A DNA stretch of 64,000 bases, taken from the NCBI GenBank assembly GCA_965202585.1, contig OZ241827.1, positions 22,444,001 to 22,508,000 of the forward strand, in the 5' to 3' direction. Position numbers and translations under genes: made by a program. The notes below the pieces were generated by a model that worked only from the letters and a program-made list of their open reading frames with translations, was not told the origin of the DNA and did not search any database. This stretch comes from Thalia democratica. Taxonomy: Eukaryota. Positions 26,601 through 39,673 of this stretch are shown here, piece after piece (position 1 is the first letter of the stretch; each line of letters begins with the position of its first letter).

Positions 26601-26989
26601 AAACCTGAAGTCCATCTTCTGCTCTGCATGGTAAATCTTTGGTGTGTCTTCGAACTTCAACTAGTATGTTCACTGAACAAATAATCTATTTATTTCTAGT
26701 TCTTAAATTCATTAGTTTTATTTTTAGATAGCTTTTACAACCTTTATAATGTTATTAGTTTATTTTGTAGATTTTACAAGCTAATCTTCAAAGTGTAAAG
26801 ATTAACAGATTTTTTTACGACAAAACTATCGTTCAAGTAATTCAATTTCAAGTTAACAATAGTTAAATTTTTAGTAAAGTGTAACTTTGAAAAAAAATGC
26901 TAACCTTTGTTAATTTGACAATCTGATAAAGCCAAATAATTCAGTCCAAGCAACAAATAAAAAACTATTAATTTGCAATTGAGATACAT
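20613..26989 (-). CDS. LDLa-repeat class A GPCR without LRRs (relaxin-receptor/GRL101-related), copy 1; about 1100 aa
   Basis: Exons 26989-26905 (signal peptide MYLNCKLIVFYLLLGLNYLALSDC), 26672-26471, 26109-25923, 24799-24435 (acceptor uncertain), 24167-23544, 23333-21810, 21305-21123, 20751-20613. Multiple LDLa modules (C..DG..DC...DE). 7TM motifs LAVADF, LYRTY, LCWIP and NPIIY. Confidence 0.85.
25084..25160. repeat. Degenerate telomere-like CCCTAA repeat tract in GPCR1 intron 3
   Basis: cccttaccctgaacctaac...taaccctaacgctaaccctgaccct...ccctaaccctga. A similar motif occurs inside the element at 39674-39937. Confidence 0.55.
25173..25310 (-). pseudogene. Tandem duplicated, truncated copy of the start of GPCR1 exon 4 (LDLa)
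   Basis: PKIICDNATEFECKDDIKRCIPRE* with TGG changed to TAG. It is closer to copy 1 than to copy 2, and the homologous acceptor is mutated. Confidence 0.8.
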
Positions 26990-27889
26990 ACTTTCAATAT
27001 TTAGACTAGCTATGCACTTTTTCAGGCTTTTTCATTATAAACAACCTTCTGAATCACATATATACTAGCTTCAATTTACTTACATATAGTTTATAAAACG
27101 ATAAAAAAGCACTCAAAAAGTTCGGTCTAAGGACCTGGTGTACAAAGGAAATTTTCGGTTATCTAGTCGTACACCACATGCTTATAAATTTTTTACGTGC
27201 TATTACAGCTATTTTTTTATCACTTGTAACTAAAATGACAACTTAAAAATGGTATTTAGTATCACACAGATACTACTCCAACATATTCTATAAAAGTATA
27301 CAAGAAACACAAGCTTAACGTTTAATATAAATAATTACTTGTCGTATATATTTGCTCTATCATACGGTACTTCCGGTAATTGTGATGATTTTTTAATCGC
27401 TTCACGTGTTTACTACTTGAAAAGTGAGAACGTTTTATGACTAAGTTTGAAAACTTTACTGTTTTGTGTAAAATTCAAAGATCAAAATACTTACAAATTT
27501 AACGTTGTCTTGGAAATAATAATTACTTGATAAAATTGTTGTAACCTGCTCAAAATAAACTATTCCTATTCTTTTATAAACTATAGGTAGTTAGAACATA
27601 CTTTTTTGAAACTATTTTAAACTTTTTAGTTAAAGTTATATGGTTAAGAAAAGTTTAATGCTTACAAAATATTTTTAATCTTTTAAAGCTTCTTTTTATC
27701 AGAAACAGAAAGACTTACTGAAAAAAATCTTTTCAAGGAATATTTAAAAAATATTTTTAAATAGGCATAAATTTACTAACAAACATAACCAGAGAATAGT
27801 TATTAAATTTTCATTTGATAATAAAAAACTGAATTTGCTTCCACTACATAGTTGTGATCTAGCTAAAAATATACATCGAATTATAAGTA

Positions 27890-27922
27890 TCTGCTTGGCG
27901 GGCCGCAGTTTACCGACCCCAG
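27890..27922 (-). mobile_element. Isolated hAT/Charlie-like terminus
   Basis: Reverse complement CTGGGGTCGGTAAACTGCGGCCCGC resembles the termini at 30656 and 44525. The partner end was not found. Confidence 0.4.
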
Positions 27923-29444
27923 TTCTAAAGTTTAAGTTAATAGATTTTAAGTTCATACTAATAGAAAATGTACAAATTGAAATAAGCAATTTTTATAATG
28001 TATTTAGTTTTCCTTGTTAATATTAGATAAAACGTGTTTTTACTCATTTATCTCTTAAAAGTTTGTCTTAGTAGTTGACAAGAAAAATTTTACATATTTA
28101 TCGAAACTACATTAAAAGTAATAGTACTAGTTATAAAAGTTTACATATTTTTAAAAATGTAAATTTATGTACTCAAAATGATTTATGTTTGATGGTAGTG
28201 GTAAAAAGAATATACATATTTAAGATCTAAAATAATTTCTATTATTTGTTTTTATAATTAGTTTTATAACAATACAGTTCTACTACAAAAGTTTGTTTGA
28301 ATGAACTATATACGGCAGTTAATTTAAAGTATTTAAACTATTATAAACTTGTTCAAAGATTAAAATAAAATAAAATGGAAAATTAAAAAAAACAGGACAA
28401 TTTTTCTTTCAATTTTTTTAAAACAATTGAATTTTCACTGTTTTTTTTTATCTTTTAAAGTAAATGATCATGAAAAACATTTTGGTTTTCGTTTCACACA
28501 ACCCTCGATTACTTTCGTCATCGTCAAGCTTGTGTCCCCGTAGCTTAGCTGCTCCTCAAAATCTGATGAACTCAGGTTATGTCCTTTATTTTAGCTGAAA
28601 AAGTTGTCTTTCATCTAAAATTTCTTTACCCCAACTTATTTTGACCCACACGCTTCAGTTATACCACCATGCGGAGCATTTTTTTGTTATACTTTATGAT
28701 GATACACTAGTTGAATATTATGACGCCACATATTTTGATTTCAATTTTTTTACAAGTTGGTGCTCTAAGTAATGTTGTCAGTTTTTCTAATTAAAAATTA
28801 GTTTAATTATACAAACATGGTTAAATAAGTAGAACAGTTTTTGTCAGTAATTAAATTGTACCACAAAACAACAATGCTTGTAAAAATTTTACTCATACTT
28901 GAATTTCCAACAAAAAGTTGCAAGCAAAGACTAAAACAGACCCATAGTGACGTTGGATAAGCAATATGTAATTCAATGACGTCATGAAGTAATTTAAGCG
29001 AATGATAAATTACAACTAATAGTAGATTATAAGAGTCGTCGCAACCAAAGTACGAATACTGTCAGTTAACTCAGTTAAATTTTTATACGTTGTAGATAAA
29101 ACGCTTAAAATAAACTCATCACATAATGAACTAATAGCTCTGTATTTGCAATGTTAGCAAATAAATACCAGAGATGAATTTTTAACATAATTGCCACTTA
29201 CACAAGTTTTATGTAGTATTCCACTTGGGTTTTACTTCTATATAAACTATATTTTTTATAAAATGTATTAAAGAAAACAGTTTTAGGTGTATTTTTTTCT
29301 GTACATTATTTCGTATTTTAAAGTTATTTTACAAATTCTAAGCTAACCAAGATAATTTTTTCCACTAATTAGTACTTCATTAGTGAAACCTAAATATTGA
29401 TCAAAGGCTCAATTGTAGTTTTGTTAATTAAGTATTTGAACTTT

Positions 29445-29560
29445 TTGCCTTATTTCCATGTACCTTTATGGAGTCTGCCCCATAAGTACGCATTTTAATT
29501 GAGTTTCCCTTGTATAGTTACGTATTATTGTTGGATCTCCTCGATGAGTACGTATTGTTT
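29445..29560. repeat. Degenerate tandem repeat with a period of about 30-32 bp
   Basis: TAAGTACGCATT (29483), TAGTTACGTATT (29515), TGAGTACGTATT (29545). Confidence 0.35.
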
Positions 29561-30655
29561 TCGTACTTTATCGAAGTTTTTCAATTTTGAAGTTACTCTA
29601 AAGTCTTACTCAACGCTTATTTCCAAATAAAATCACAAATACTGCTTAAAGTTATATTTATGTCGTCATAGAAAATCTAAAAATCATGTTATAGTAAAAC
29701 TTTTTTACACAAAGCATAATAAATGAACTAAAATAAAAATGTACAATAATTAAAAAATCAAAACATTCTGTAATGTTTATCACCATCTGTTTGTATTTTA
29801 TAAATTTATATTCATTTATTCACAAATTGTCCTTAAACTAGCAGTTCTACAAAAATATTACTTTTTGCTGTTGGAAATATTTCTTGTAGCTTATTTAAGT
29901 CATATATAGTGTTGAAAGTTCAAGAAATTAGTTAATGAGTAACGCTTTAATTAAAACTTTATTCACATTCCTTTTAACAAGGTTTTTGTCAATAACTTAT
30001 TTTTAGTTTTAAACACAATTTTGTCATATTTAGTATATTTAAACTACTTTTTTACTATTTATATTTACGCGCTATATGAAAATAGTTTAAGTTCTAAGTA
30101 TTTAAAATTTCCTAATGAAGTTTTGAATAAGATCGTAACATACTTTTATTTCATTATTTAGTAAATCAGTCATGTAAAATTACAAAAGCTTTTTTGTTAA
30201 ACGCTAAAAAAAAACTAAATAGATTTAAAACTATAAAAAAAAAAACTAAATGTATTTTCTAACAATGTTTAGAATATTTTTAAACTTTTAATAATATAAT
30301 AATTAACAACAATCAAATAAACTTTACTTTAATTTCATTAAAAGTAATTTATGTATAAACAGTTTTTAAGTACAAATAATACAGTAGTGACCATTAAAAA
30401 AATCTATTACCTTTTGTACTGATAACTATTTTTTCTTGTTATCAATTTTAACTTAGTTTTTAATATGTAGACTACTTTTTATTAATAAGCTTAAACACAT
30501 AAGTGTATAAAACTTTAGAAGCTTTTTTGCATCAGCTTACTATACTAAAAGTTTAAATAGAGAACTATTCAAAAAGTTACTTTGTTCATTATTTTGTTTC
30601 GTTTTTTTTTCGTAATTTATCATGACAGCTGTAACTACAATTTTACGGTTTAGGC

Positions 30656-31424
30656 CAGGGGTGGGCAATGTACGGCCCGCAGAGTAAAACTGTCCGGCCT
30701 CCGACCGTTTTTTAAACTTCAAAGGGATCCGGCCCGAAAAATAAAAATGACCGGTCTGCGAAAGAAATTACAGGTCCGCAAAGGGTCAATATTACAAAAA
30801 AGAAAAAAATTGTATAACATTTTTACAAAACAAAACTTTAAGAAGTTGACTTGTAAAACATACTAAAAATTACTTTATAAATTAATGTGTACTAATAAGC
30901 CATTTTATCCTAATGTTTTTGTTGTTCTAACTTAGTTGGAATGTCTTTTTGTCAAATTACAACGAGCAAAGTGTTTTTCAAGTAAGATGTTTTATATACT
31001 TTCTTATGTTAATTACAAAGTCAATTTTATTTATAGACATTTATATATTTTTAGGTAAAAAAAAACATAAGTCTCAAACTCTACTCCTTGCAACGATAAA
31101 CGTTTTCTAGGGAGTTATTTAAACATCTTACATGTCTCAATCTACTTCTTAAATTTTCAGACTTGAGCAAGTTTTATGAATATGAAGAATTCAAAAAAGT
31201 AATCAACTATACCCATAAAATTAGGTTCCGGTTCAATCCGAAACTTTTATTTAAATTAGGATCCGACTGGATCTCGACTTATAGTTAGTATACAGTCGGA
31301 TTCGGATCTAAAAAGTCATTATTCGGCTGGATCCGGTAAATCAATAATTCTAAATGCTCTGGCCCGCAAAGGACTAATTTTTTCCGGATCCGACCCGTTG
31401 TTTGAAAAACGTTGCCCACCACTA
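30656..31424. mobile_element. Non-autonomous hAT element, 769 bp
   Basis: TIRs CAGGGGTGGGCAAT and (reverse complement) TAGTGGTGGGCAAC. Perfect 8-bp TSD GTTTAGGC (30648-30655 and 31425-31432). Subterminal GGATCCG/CGGCC repeats. Confidence 0.85.
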
Positions 31425-32798
31425 GTTTAGGCGAACGACTCAAAAATGAATAAAAACCTATGCAAAATACATTTTATTAATGTTCAGATTTTTTTATACC
31501 AATAATTTAATAAACTTTTTTTAATTTTTGAGTAATTACTTGTATTTAGTTTTAGATATATACAATTGAAAACAGCATTAAGTACGTGCAGTACAAAAAA
31601 AAAACGATAAACTATACACAAAAGACTGACTATTGTTTTAAAACTAAACATAAAATTACAGTCTTGAAAACATCTTGTTGAATTTAAAATTTACAACTAC
31701 TGTCATTAGCTACTTTTTACTTAAATAAACAATTTCATCATAATTTTAGTCACATAGATACACTTTTTAATAATTGATTATTGCTGGATGAAAAGTTAAA
31801 AAAATATCGTTTGATTTTTATTATTTTAGACATTATTGAAATTTTACAAGTAGTTTTAGCTACTAAAATATTAAAGTACTACTTTAATACACAGCAGAAA
31901 AAAAAAATAATGTCATAAATTGTTGTTTCCCTTTATTTTTGCGTTTCATATTTCAAGTATTTACAACTCGAAAATTATTATTTTATTGTCGTAAGCACTA
32001 AATAATTTACTTAAACTTTATATTTTTTAATATTAAAGATAGATAAAACTTTTTCGTTAAACCTTAGACAGCTATATAAAATATTATGAGCTTTTAGCAA
32101 TTACAATAGGTTTAAACTAATTTCTATTATAAGGGAGGCAGTAGGTTGCCCTTACTAACACCATCGATTTCGGTACAGAACTTCTTATAATGCTACTATG
32201 CCCAGTTGTTGGTGTTAGTATGGGCTACACACTAAGTCCTACAAAAGCTAGTTTGTTAAAGAGGTCATTAAAAACCAACAATTTTTCTAAGCTTACAAAC
32301 TAGTTTGAGTTATAAAAGCTCCTTAAAACAATAAAGTAGGTAAAAAGCTGCTAAACGACAAAAAAAAAGTCTAATACACTTTCAATAAAAAAAGTAAAAA
32401 ACCAAATATAATATTGTATAGCAATTTAAAAAACTGCATAAATTGATATTTAATTAAATTAATAATATAGTGAAATTAGAACTAACAAAAAAAAAGTGTT
32501 CAAAAACACTATATAGTAGATGGTTTATCACACAAACAAATTTTATTAGTTATATTTACCTGTTAAAATGATATAAAAATTAAACAAATTTATAATCTAA
32601 AAACTATTTTGCTGTTGATTAAAGAAAATAATTAAATATCATCATCAACATAACTAAAAACTAATTGCAATCTTTATAGTTGAGATTTCAGACTGAAAAT
32701 GAAAACACTTAATCAATACTCGTATTAATACTTTTGGTTAACAATCTACTTTCTAACTAAAACAAAAATTCAAAACTTTGCAATACGACATTTCACAC

Positions 32799-35587
32799 TC
32801 AACAAGCAGTCGGTACCTGACACAGGACCATGTTCAAGTAATCACACCCGAAATCGTACAGGTGGTTGTTGCCCCACACCCTCGCGCAATTCTCATTCCC
32901 GTACCTGTTGTCGGGCTCGGTTGGGTACCAATCGAAAAGCAGGTCTTCGGCAGGCTTCCCGCTCAAATACGTCCAGTTACCAGTGTGGACACCTTTGGTA
33001 GCGTTGTTGCTAGGGTTGACCACCCCAACCCAAAACGGTTCGCTTGAGTTTTGCCTGGTTTTTCTCACCTCAGCCAATATTTTACTGAAAATTGACAATA
33101 CTGATATTTTATGTATATGAAAAAAGAACAAACGATTTAATACAAAAGGATAATTTTTTTTTTTATTCCCTCGAGTAAAACTTTTTTTATATAACGTGTA
33201 TCGAAAAATTTTTATGACGTTTTAAATTAGTTTTAAATTATTAATATTATCATCAATTTAATAAAACTTAACTGTCATACCTGTGGTATTCCTTTCCTAT
33301 GCTTCCAAGAACACTAGAAACAATAGAACCACTAATTTTACTGCAGTATTTTTTTGATTCTTCAAAGCTATGTGTTGTTGTACTCATAACAAATCGTAAG
33401 CATTCTACAAATTTGCATTGTTTTTTAAATCAGTTCTATATAAACACAATTATAAAAGTAACTTAACGTTTTTAAGGTAAAAAGTAAGCTTTTTTTTCTT
33501 TAAACATTTTGTTTTTAAATTGTTAATGTTAATAAGTATACCGGTTAAATGAATATACTATTTTAAAATTAGTTTACTTATTTTTATCCAAACAATTGAA
33601 TGTCTTTTGTGTGAAGTGAAAAAAAAACTTTGTATTATTCTAAGCAATATAATCTTTTTTTTTATGCTTTATAAAACTAAAAGAAGTTAAGTAGAAAACA
33701 CAAGCATGTTAGTTTAACTTAAATATCAGTTTTGTAGTAAGTTTTTATAACACTTTATTATATTCTAGAAATTATTTAAAATCTTATTGCATTAATTAAA
33801 AAAAGCAACAAGCAAATGAAATGCAAAAATAATCTTAAAAACAAGCTTTAGAGTGAAAAATAGGGTATGTTAACATAAAACAAAATTACAGAAAAAAAAT
33901 GTCTTAAGCGTATTGGTAAAACATTTACGTAAATGAAGCATTACAAATACTGAAAACGCATTAAAGCTGCCTTATTTTTATTTAGACTACTTGCGGATGT
34001 TAAAATTGTTAAATTTAGTACACCACTTGGAATCGATTTTAATTTATAAAGATCGTCTGAGATGTTTAGTTTTAATTTGCTTCTAACACACTTAGGTAAA
34101 ACAAAATGATGTACATAAAATAATGAAGCAAGCTTCATTTTTAAATCAAAATACCAATTCTATTTCTTAATTTTCTATAATTTTCAAAAAACTTTTAACA
34201 CATTTGCAACTATAACTTTGAGAAAAAGTTAACCAGAACCAATTTTATTTCTATAAAATATAGTCCCAACATATTTTAAAGAAGTCCATAAATATTAAAT
34301 CTTATATTTAAACTTTAAAAATCAAAGTTTATTAATTTAAAAACTCACTTTTAACACAATTTAGGTTTTAAAAATTTAGAAAACAAATGTATACATTTCT
34401 AGCGAATTTACTTAAGAAATTTTAAAGATGTATTAACAACTAAATCAAAAGTGAATATATGTTTTAAACAATAACTTCTAAAAGTACCAATATACTAAAC
34501 TGCGTTGTTAGTTTTTTAACGATAAACAAAACAGCTCACTTTTAACACACTTGGGGGCCATCAACTTCCACATTGAACCTCCCACCCCATCCTCTATGCA
34601 GGTGTTAATCTTCACGCACGAATCTTCTATCCGGTGGAATTTAGTGCAGGAGTATTCGCACTTGCTGTTCAGTTTGCTACCATCTGTACATTTAAACCAT
34701 CCGTTTGTTATTTTTGGGGGCTTTGGGCAGTCTGGAGTAAATAAGTACACGTGAAGTTAAAAACTGTTGTAGTTATATATTGTGTTAATTTTCTAAAGCT
34801 TTACTTACGAGGGTTTTAGGAACAAGTGGTAATATAATTGCAACTAAAAATTTAAAAATTTGAACGTTTGATTTTTAATTTATAATTGTTGTAAATTTTG
34901 GAATTTTTTGACAACATGAAATTAAAAAAAAAAAACTTTAAAAAACATTTTTTTTGTTCAAGTTCAGTTAGTTGTTTCAAAGTTTATTTGCTTTATTTTC
35001 AAAATTAATACATACTGACCCCCGTAAACTTTGAGTAGTGGGGAAAAAAAGAGTTCTAAAATAAAGATTAAAATTTCTGTTCGAGTATTAAATCTTTCTT
35101 AATAAAAACTCTCATTTTTATTAGGGGATTAGGACAATATAAGCTTAAATCATAATTTCAGATTAGTTTTATCTAAAAGTTTTTGTTGTACAAAATGTAT
35201 ATTTTAATTATAGTTTTTGTAAATAAAAAAGAAACTTAATTTAATTCAGAATTGTTTTTATTGCTATATGCTCTATAAATTGTAAAGTAAAATAAAAAAC
35301 TTTCTTTATAATTTATACTTTTTAAGTTATTTATCTTTTTAATTACAATAACAGATTGTTATATATCTTTGCTTTATTTTACGATCTAATTAAATATAAT
35401 TAGATTTATTATCACAGAAGGTTTTGACTTTGAAAAATTATAAATAAAAGTATTAAAAAATATTTTAGTTTTTGTTTAGTTAATTTATACGGAATTTTTT
35501 AAAACTTTTAAAACATTTTAATATACCTGTAATAGTTTCAGTTAAAACAAAAAGACTGTGAATAATAAACAAGATATATTTTTTCAT
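32799..35587 (-). CDS. Secreted sushi (CCP) + C-type lectin domain protein, about 220 aa
   Basis: Phase-consistent exons 35587-35527 (signal MKKYILFIIHSLFVLTETIT), 34731-34540 (sushi CPKPPKITNG...CEYSC...WKLMAPKC), 33404-33281 and 33084-32799 (CTLD: FWVGV...W...EPDNRYGNENC...LYDFGC...LC). Confidence 0.85.
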
Positions 35588-38500
35588 TTAACTAATTGAC
35601 TCTGAAGAACACAAGATAAAATGGAATAATTACTCCTCTAAACTATTTGAAAATATTTTTGATTCTGTAAATTTTTAGTAAGAAAGTTTTTTAATTGTTG
35701 TTAATTTAGTTTTGTCTTTAGTAAATATATTCAAAGTTTAAAGTAAATACTTAACATTTAATTATGAACTTAAAAATGCTTATATTTATTATAACTTACT
35801 GCATAAAATACTATGTTTTAAAAACTTATAATGTTTAGAAGACTGAAATCAAAAATCTATCTTTCAAGAATTTCAAAAACTCATAAATTTTATAACATAG
35901 CCAAACAAAACATTTACTTATAAAATAACTACTGTTAAGTTATAATAAAGCACTTGATCAAAATAATACAGAAAAACAGAATGTTGTATCAAACACGAGA
36001 TTTATCATCACTTCCGTGTTAAATTAAAGTTGAATGTTTTAAACTGTTGTATTTTGCTGTTAAAGTAAATAATATGAAAATTGTTTTTTTTTTAAGAGTT
36101 TACCTTCTCTGTGAGCTGTTTTGTTCACTTAACTACACTTTAAAATTACTGTTTTTTAAAGTTTCATTAAACTTAACAAGTTTTATTTCAAAAAAAAAAA
36201 ATTTTAAATTCATTCTATTTTTGCTCTAAATATTGAAGTGATTATAACCATGTAAGGAATTGTTCTGTGTGGTTGTGTGGCAAAACAGTCTAAACTTAAT
36301 CAAGAAGTATTGACTAACATTTTTGTTTTATTCCACTTATACAGTATAAGTTTTCAGGGTATGACAGTAAAAATAAAAATAAGTAAAAATTTGGCCTTTA
36401 CACAGTTTTTAATTGTAGGAAAAGTTTAAAAACAATGCAGTGTAAAAATCAACAGGTTGGCTACTGGTTTTTTAGAAATTTTTCAGGTTTTAAAGTATAC
36501 TTTTGCAACTTAACAAATTTTTTGATAATTTTTGAGATAGACCAGATTAAAGTTGGGAGTTCACTAGGCTTCTATGGAAGTTGCAAACAAAAAAGGCAAC
36601 TTTTACAAAATTATATTTTCCCATTTTTTAGCAAACTTCAATCAATATTTTAGTTCAAAATAAGAACCTATTTAAATCATTTATCAAAGAAGTTTTCATT
36701 AAAAAAAAAACACTTTTAAAAACATTCATAACGAAAGTTTTTTTTAAACCAAACACGTATTAGTATATTACAGAGAGTTATTTACACACAAACTAGACTG
36801 ATATATACAAGAAAATTAAATTGAAGCTCCGTTTAAAATATTATTTTACTTTAAACTGGTTTACTATTTTTGCAGGTTTGAGAACAAAACTTGCATCAAA
36901 GACTAAAACTTTCAGCGTTAAAACTTTTGCATTTACAAAATTATTGAAAGTTAAAATGACAACACTAAGCTGTTTATGTAACAAAATAAGTGTTTGACTA
37001 AACAAAAATATGGTTATGTTTGGTTTTTGGTCAGTTCAAAATGTGTTAAATAATTTAATTATTTCTACAACTGTATTTTCAAAAACACATTCGGAGGTTG
37101 AACCTACTTTCAATAAAACATTTACGTCTTATTTTTTGGATTACGTAAATTTTAAATTCAAAATGTTAACATGACTGTTTGGTGGCAGTTAGAGTTTTTG
37201 AAAATTTTAAGCGCTTCTTTTCTTTCAATCGCCCGTGTATTGAAAAAACATTTGTGATAAATAAAAACTTAAATCAAGGTTTTGCTTAAGCAGGCGTTGA
37301 TTCAAGTTTGAGATCATCGTTATTATTAAAATTATCAATAAACTCGAATCTACTATTTCTTTGCTGCTAATCAATTAGGTTTATGTTTAACTAAAAACAT
37401 TACTTTGTCCTTTTTAATGCTTAGTTATTGCTTTCCATTGAAAATATTCGTACCGTTTTTGAGATGAATTTAAATAAGTAAAACTTTGTAAAAAAAAATC
37501 TTAGTTTGCTTGAACGACGTGAACTTGTAGACAATGCGTTTGTTGTTTTAGTGCGCTTTTAGTGCTCCGGACCAGTTAAAGTGCCCAGTTTTTATTATGG
37601 TTTTTTATAAAAATAAGTATGTAATACAACTTATTTGTAAGTGACAATATTAAGATGCTCTTCATATAATAGATTGTTTAACTCTTCTGCGTCCTTTAAT
37701 AGATTATAAAAACAATCTGCCCGAATTAAGAAATAGCAGGATGTAAAACTAAAAATCGACGCTGTAAAGTTTTGCGTAAACACAATAAACGAAATATTTT
37801 TTAAAACCGATTATGAAAAACCGATACTGAAAGTTTTTTCAAATGCATGAAGTCTGAAATTATACGGTTTTGTATTTGTTCGTAACTTAAAGTTGTTGAA
37901 TCTAATATATACTAAAAATAGTCATAAAAAAACTAGTTTTAGGTGATAAATGTCGTTTTAAGATAGAAGACTTTGATTTAATACATAAAGCAAACAGTTT
38001 TGCTTTTACCTTTTAAAATTAAAAAACATAAAATAATCTGAGCAATTAAATAAATAGCTAATTTAAAATAACTATAGATCTTAACCTTATTGTAAATAAA
38101 TTATTATAAAACCTCCTAAAGGTGTCAATAATATGGTTTAAATTTTAAGTGTAATTATAACATTAGTTTTATAACGAATGAAGTAGTATAAAGTTTTAGA
38201 TTCAGAATATTTATTGAAACTGGAAAGCTTCATTTAAGCAAAAAAATTTTTAAATTATTGTTTCCAACTAAAGTGTTCCTACGGTAAATAAATAACTTAC
38301 AAACTCATACAAAATTTGTGATTTTTTTTAGCTTATGTTATGTTTTTATTAAAGGAATAAATATTTATCTTAATGCTAAATTAAACTTTAATTCTCTATA
38401 CAGTAGTACTTATTGTTATAAAAGCAATTAACTTTTTTTTAGGTATACATTTATAGAAATTAGAAAAATAGTACTAATTTTGTTAATAGATCCTAAGAAT

Positions 38501-38725
38501 TCGCTTTACAGTCAATACTTTGACGTTTATTTGAATTCTCAAGGTAGAAAGTTTACGTCCCTAAAAGGGAAATACATAAAAAAAATTGTAATTTATTCTT
38601 CAATAAATTCACTAAAATTTTATACTAGTTGATAACAATTTTGTTTTAGAATTGTTTGTGTAACACAAAACAAAAAAAGCCTTGAAAGAAATATTTCTAC
38701 ATGAAAGTAATTCAAAACCATTTGA

Positions 38726-39469
38726 TCAAATATTATGTTTCAAGTTTTTGAAGCCTTTCTCAGAAAAAGACAATTTTTGCTTCATGTCACTAATCATGCT
38801 TTCCATTGAACGTATCGAGTCGTAGATTTTCCTCCTTTGATACTCCTGCAAACGCATCTTCCCATCCTCACAACTTTCTTCCGGTTGATTGCGCGTAGGC
38901 ACGACTTCACCCGAACTGCTCTTGTTCTTTTCCCTACTTTCTCTATCCTTCCTCAAACCCTTCCTTGTCAGAGTTCTGAAGGGTGGGTCTATAGGAGGTG
39001 AGAAGGTCGGGTTAACTGCGCCGGCCAGCTTTCCGACATTACTGAATACCTTCTTCGGACTCTGAGCTGACGGGCCGACTCTTCTCTGTTCCAAATGACG
39101 GCTTCGGGACGGACTACTCGACCCTTGCCAGTCGTCGAAGAGAAGCGTATTGGCAGACGGGTCTTTGTCGTACAACTCAAGCAGGTTCTCCTCCCAATTT
39201 CTCATGTTCCCCGGCCTCCTCCGGGGGTCCTTCCAGGCGGCGGGCAGCGAATGAAAATCGAATACGGTCGCGAACGGTTGCAAGGAGTGGGGTACGTGGG
39301 GGTTCTGAGCGGGCAAGTGGAAGTAGTCGTCGAAGAGGTCGGCGATTTCAGGATTTTCGTCGAAAGTATCTAGCAGGACGAGCTGCCAGTCAAACAAGTA
39401 GCTTCTCGGTGGCCTTTTGGCCGGGTCCATCCATTCGCGAGGAAGATGCAGATTCACCCTGTATGCCAT
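38726..39469 (-). CDS. Intronless orphan protein with a 2x ~45-aa Trp/Asp-rich repeat and a C-terminal coiled coil (247 aa)
   Basis: Long GC-rich ORF in an AT-rich background. First ATG at 39469, acceptor TTAACAG| 28 nt upstream, clear internal repeat. Confidence 0.75.
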   Translation of the reverse strand: MAYRVNLHLPREWMDPAKRPPRSYLFDWQLVLLDTFDENPEIADLFDDYFHLPAQNPHVPHSLQPFATVFDFHSLPAAWKDPRRRPGNMRNWEENLLELYDKDPSANTLLFDDWQGSSSPSRSRHLEQRRVGPSAQSPKKVFSNVGKLAGAVNPTFSPPIDPPFRTLTRKGLRKDRESREKNKSSSGEVVPTRNQPEESCEDGKMRLQEYQRRKIYDSIRSMESMISDMKQKLSFSEKGFKNLKHNI

Positions 39470-39673
39470 GTTTTTTAAATACACAAGTTTTTTTAAACTG
39501 TTAAGAAAAAAGATTTGTAGGTACAAATAAAATTATAAATTGAAAATAGTTTAGTAGTTTTTACAAAAAAATAAATTTAACATGCTAAATATATTTCTGT
39601 TCAAGTGTTGTATACAAAACATTCTTTTTACTTCATACGAATAGCTTTAAGTGATGTGAGATGTATTAAAACG

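Noticed and set aside
28560-28740. TGATGA motifs as a C/D-box snoRNA, or an exon on the minus strand
   Set aside because: No properly placed D box or terminal stem, and the candidate acceptor leads to stops.
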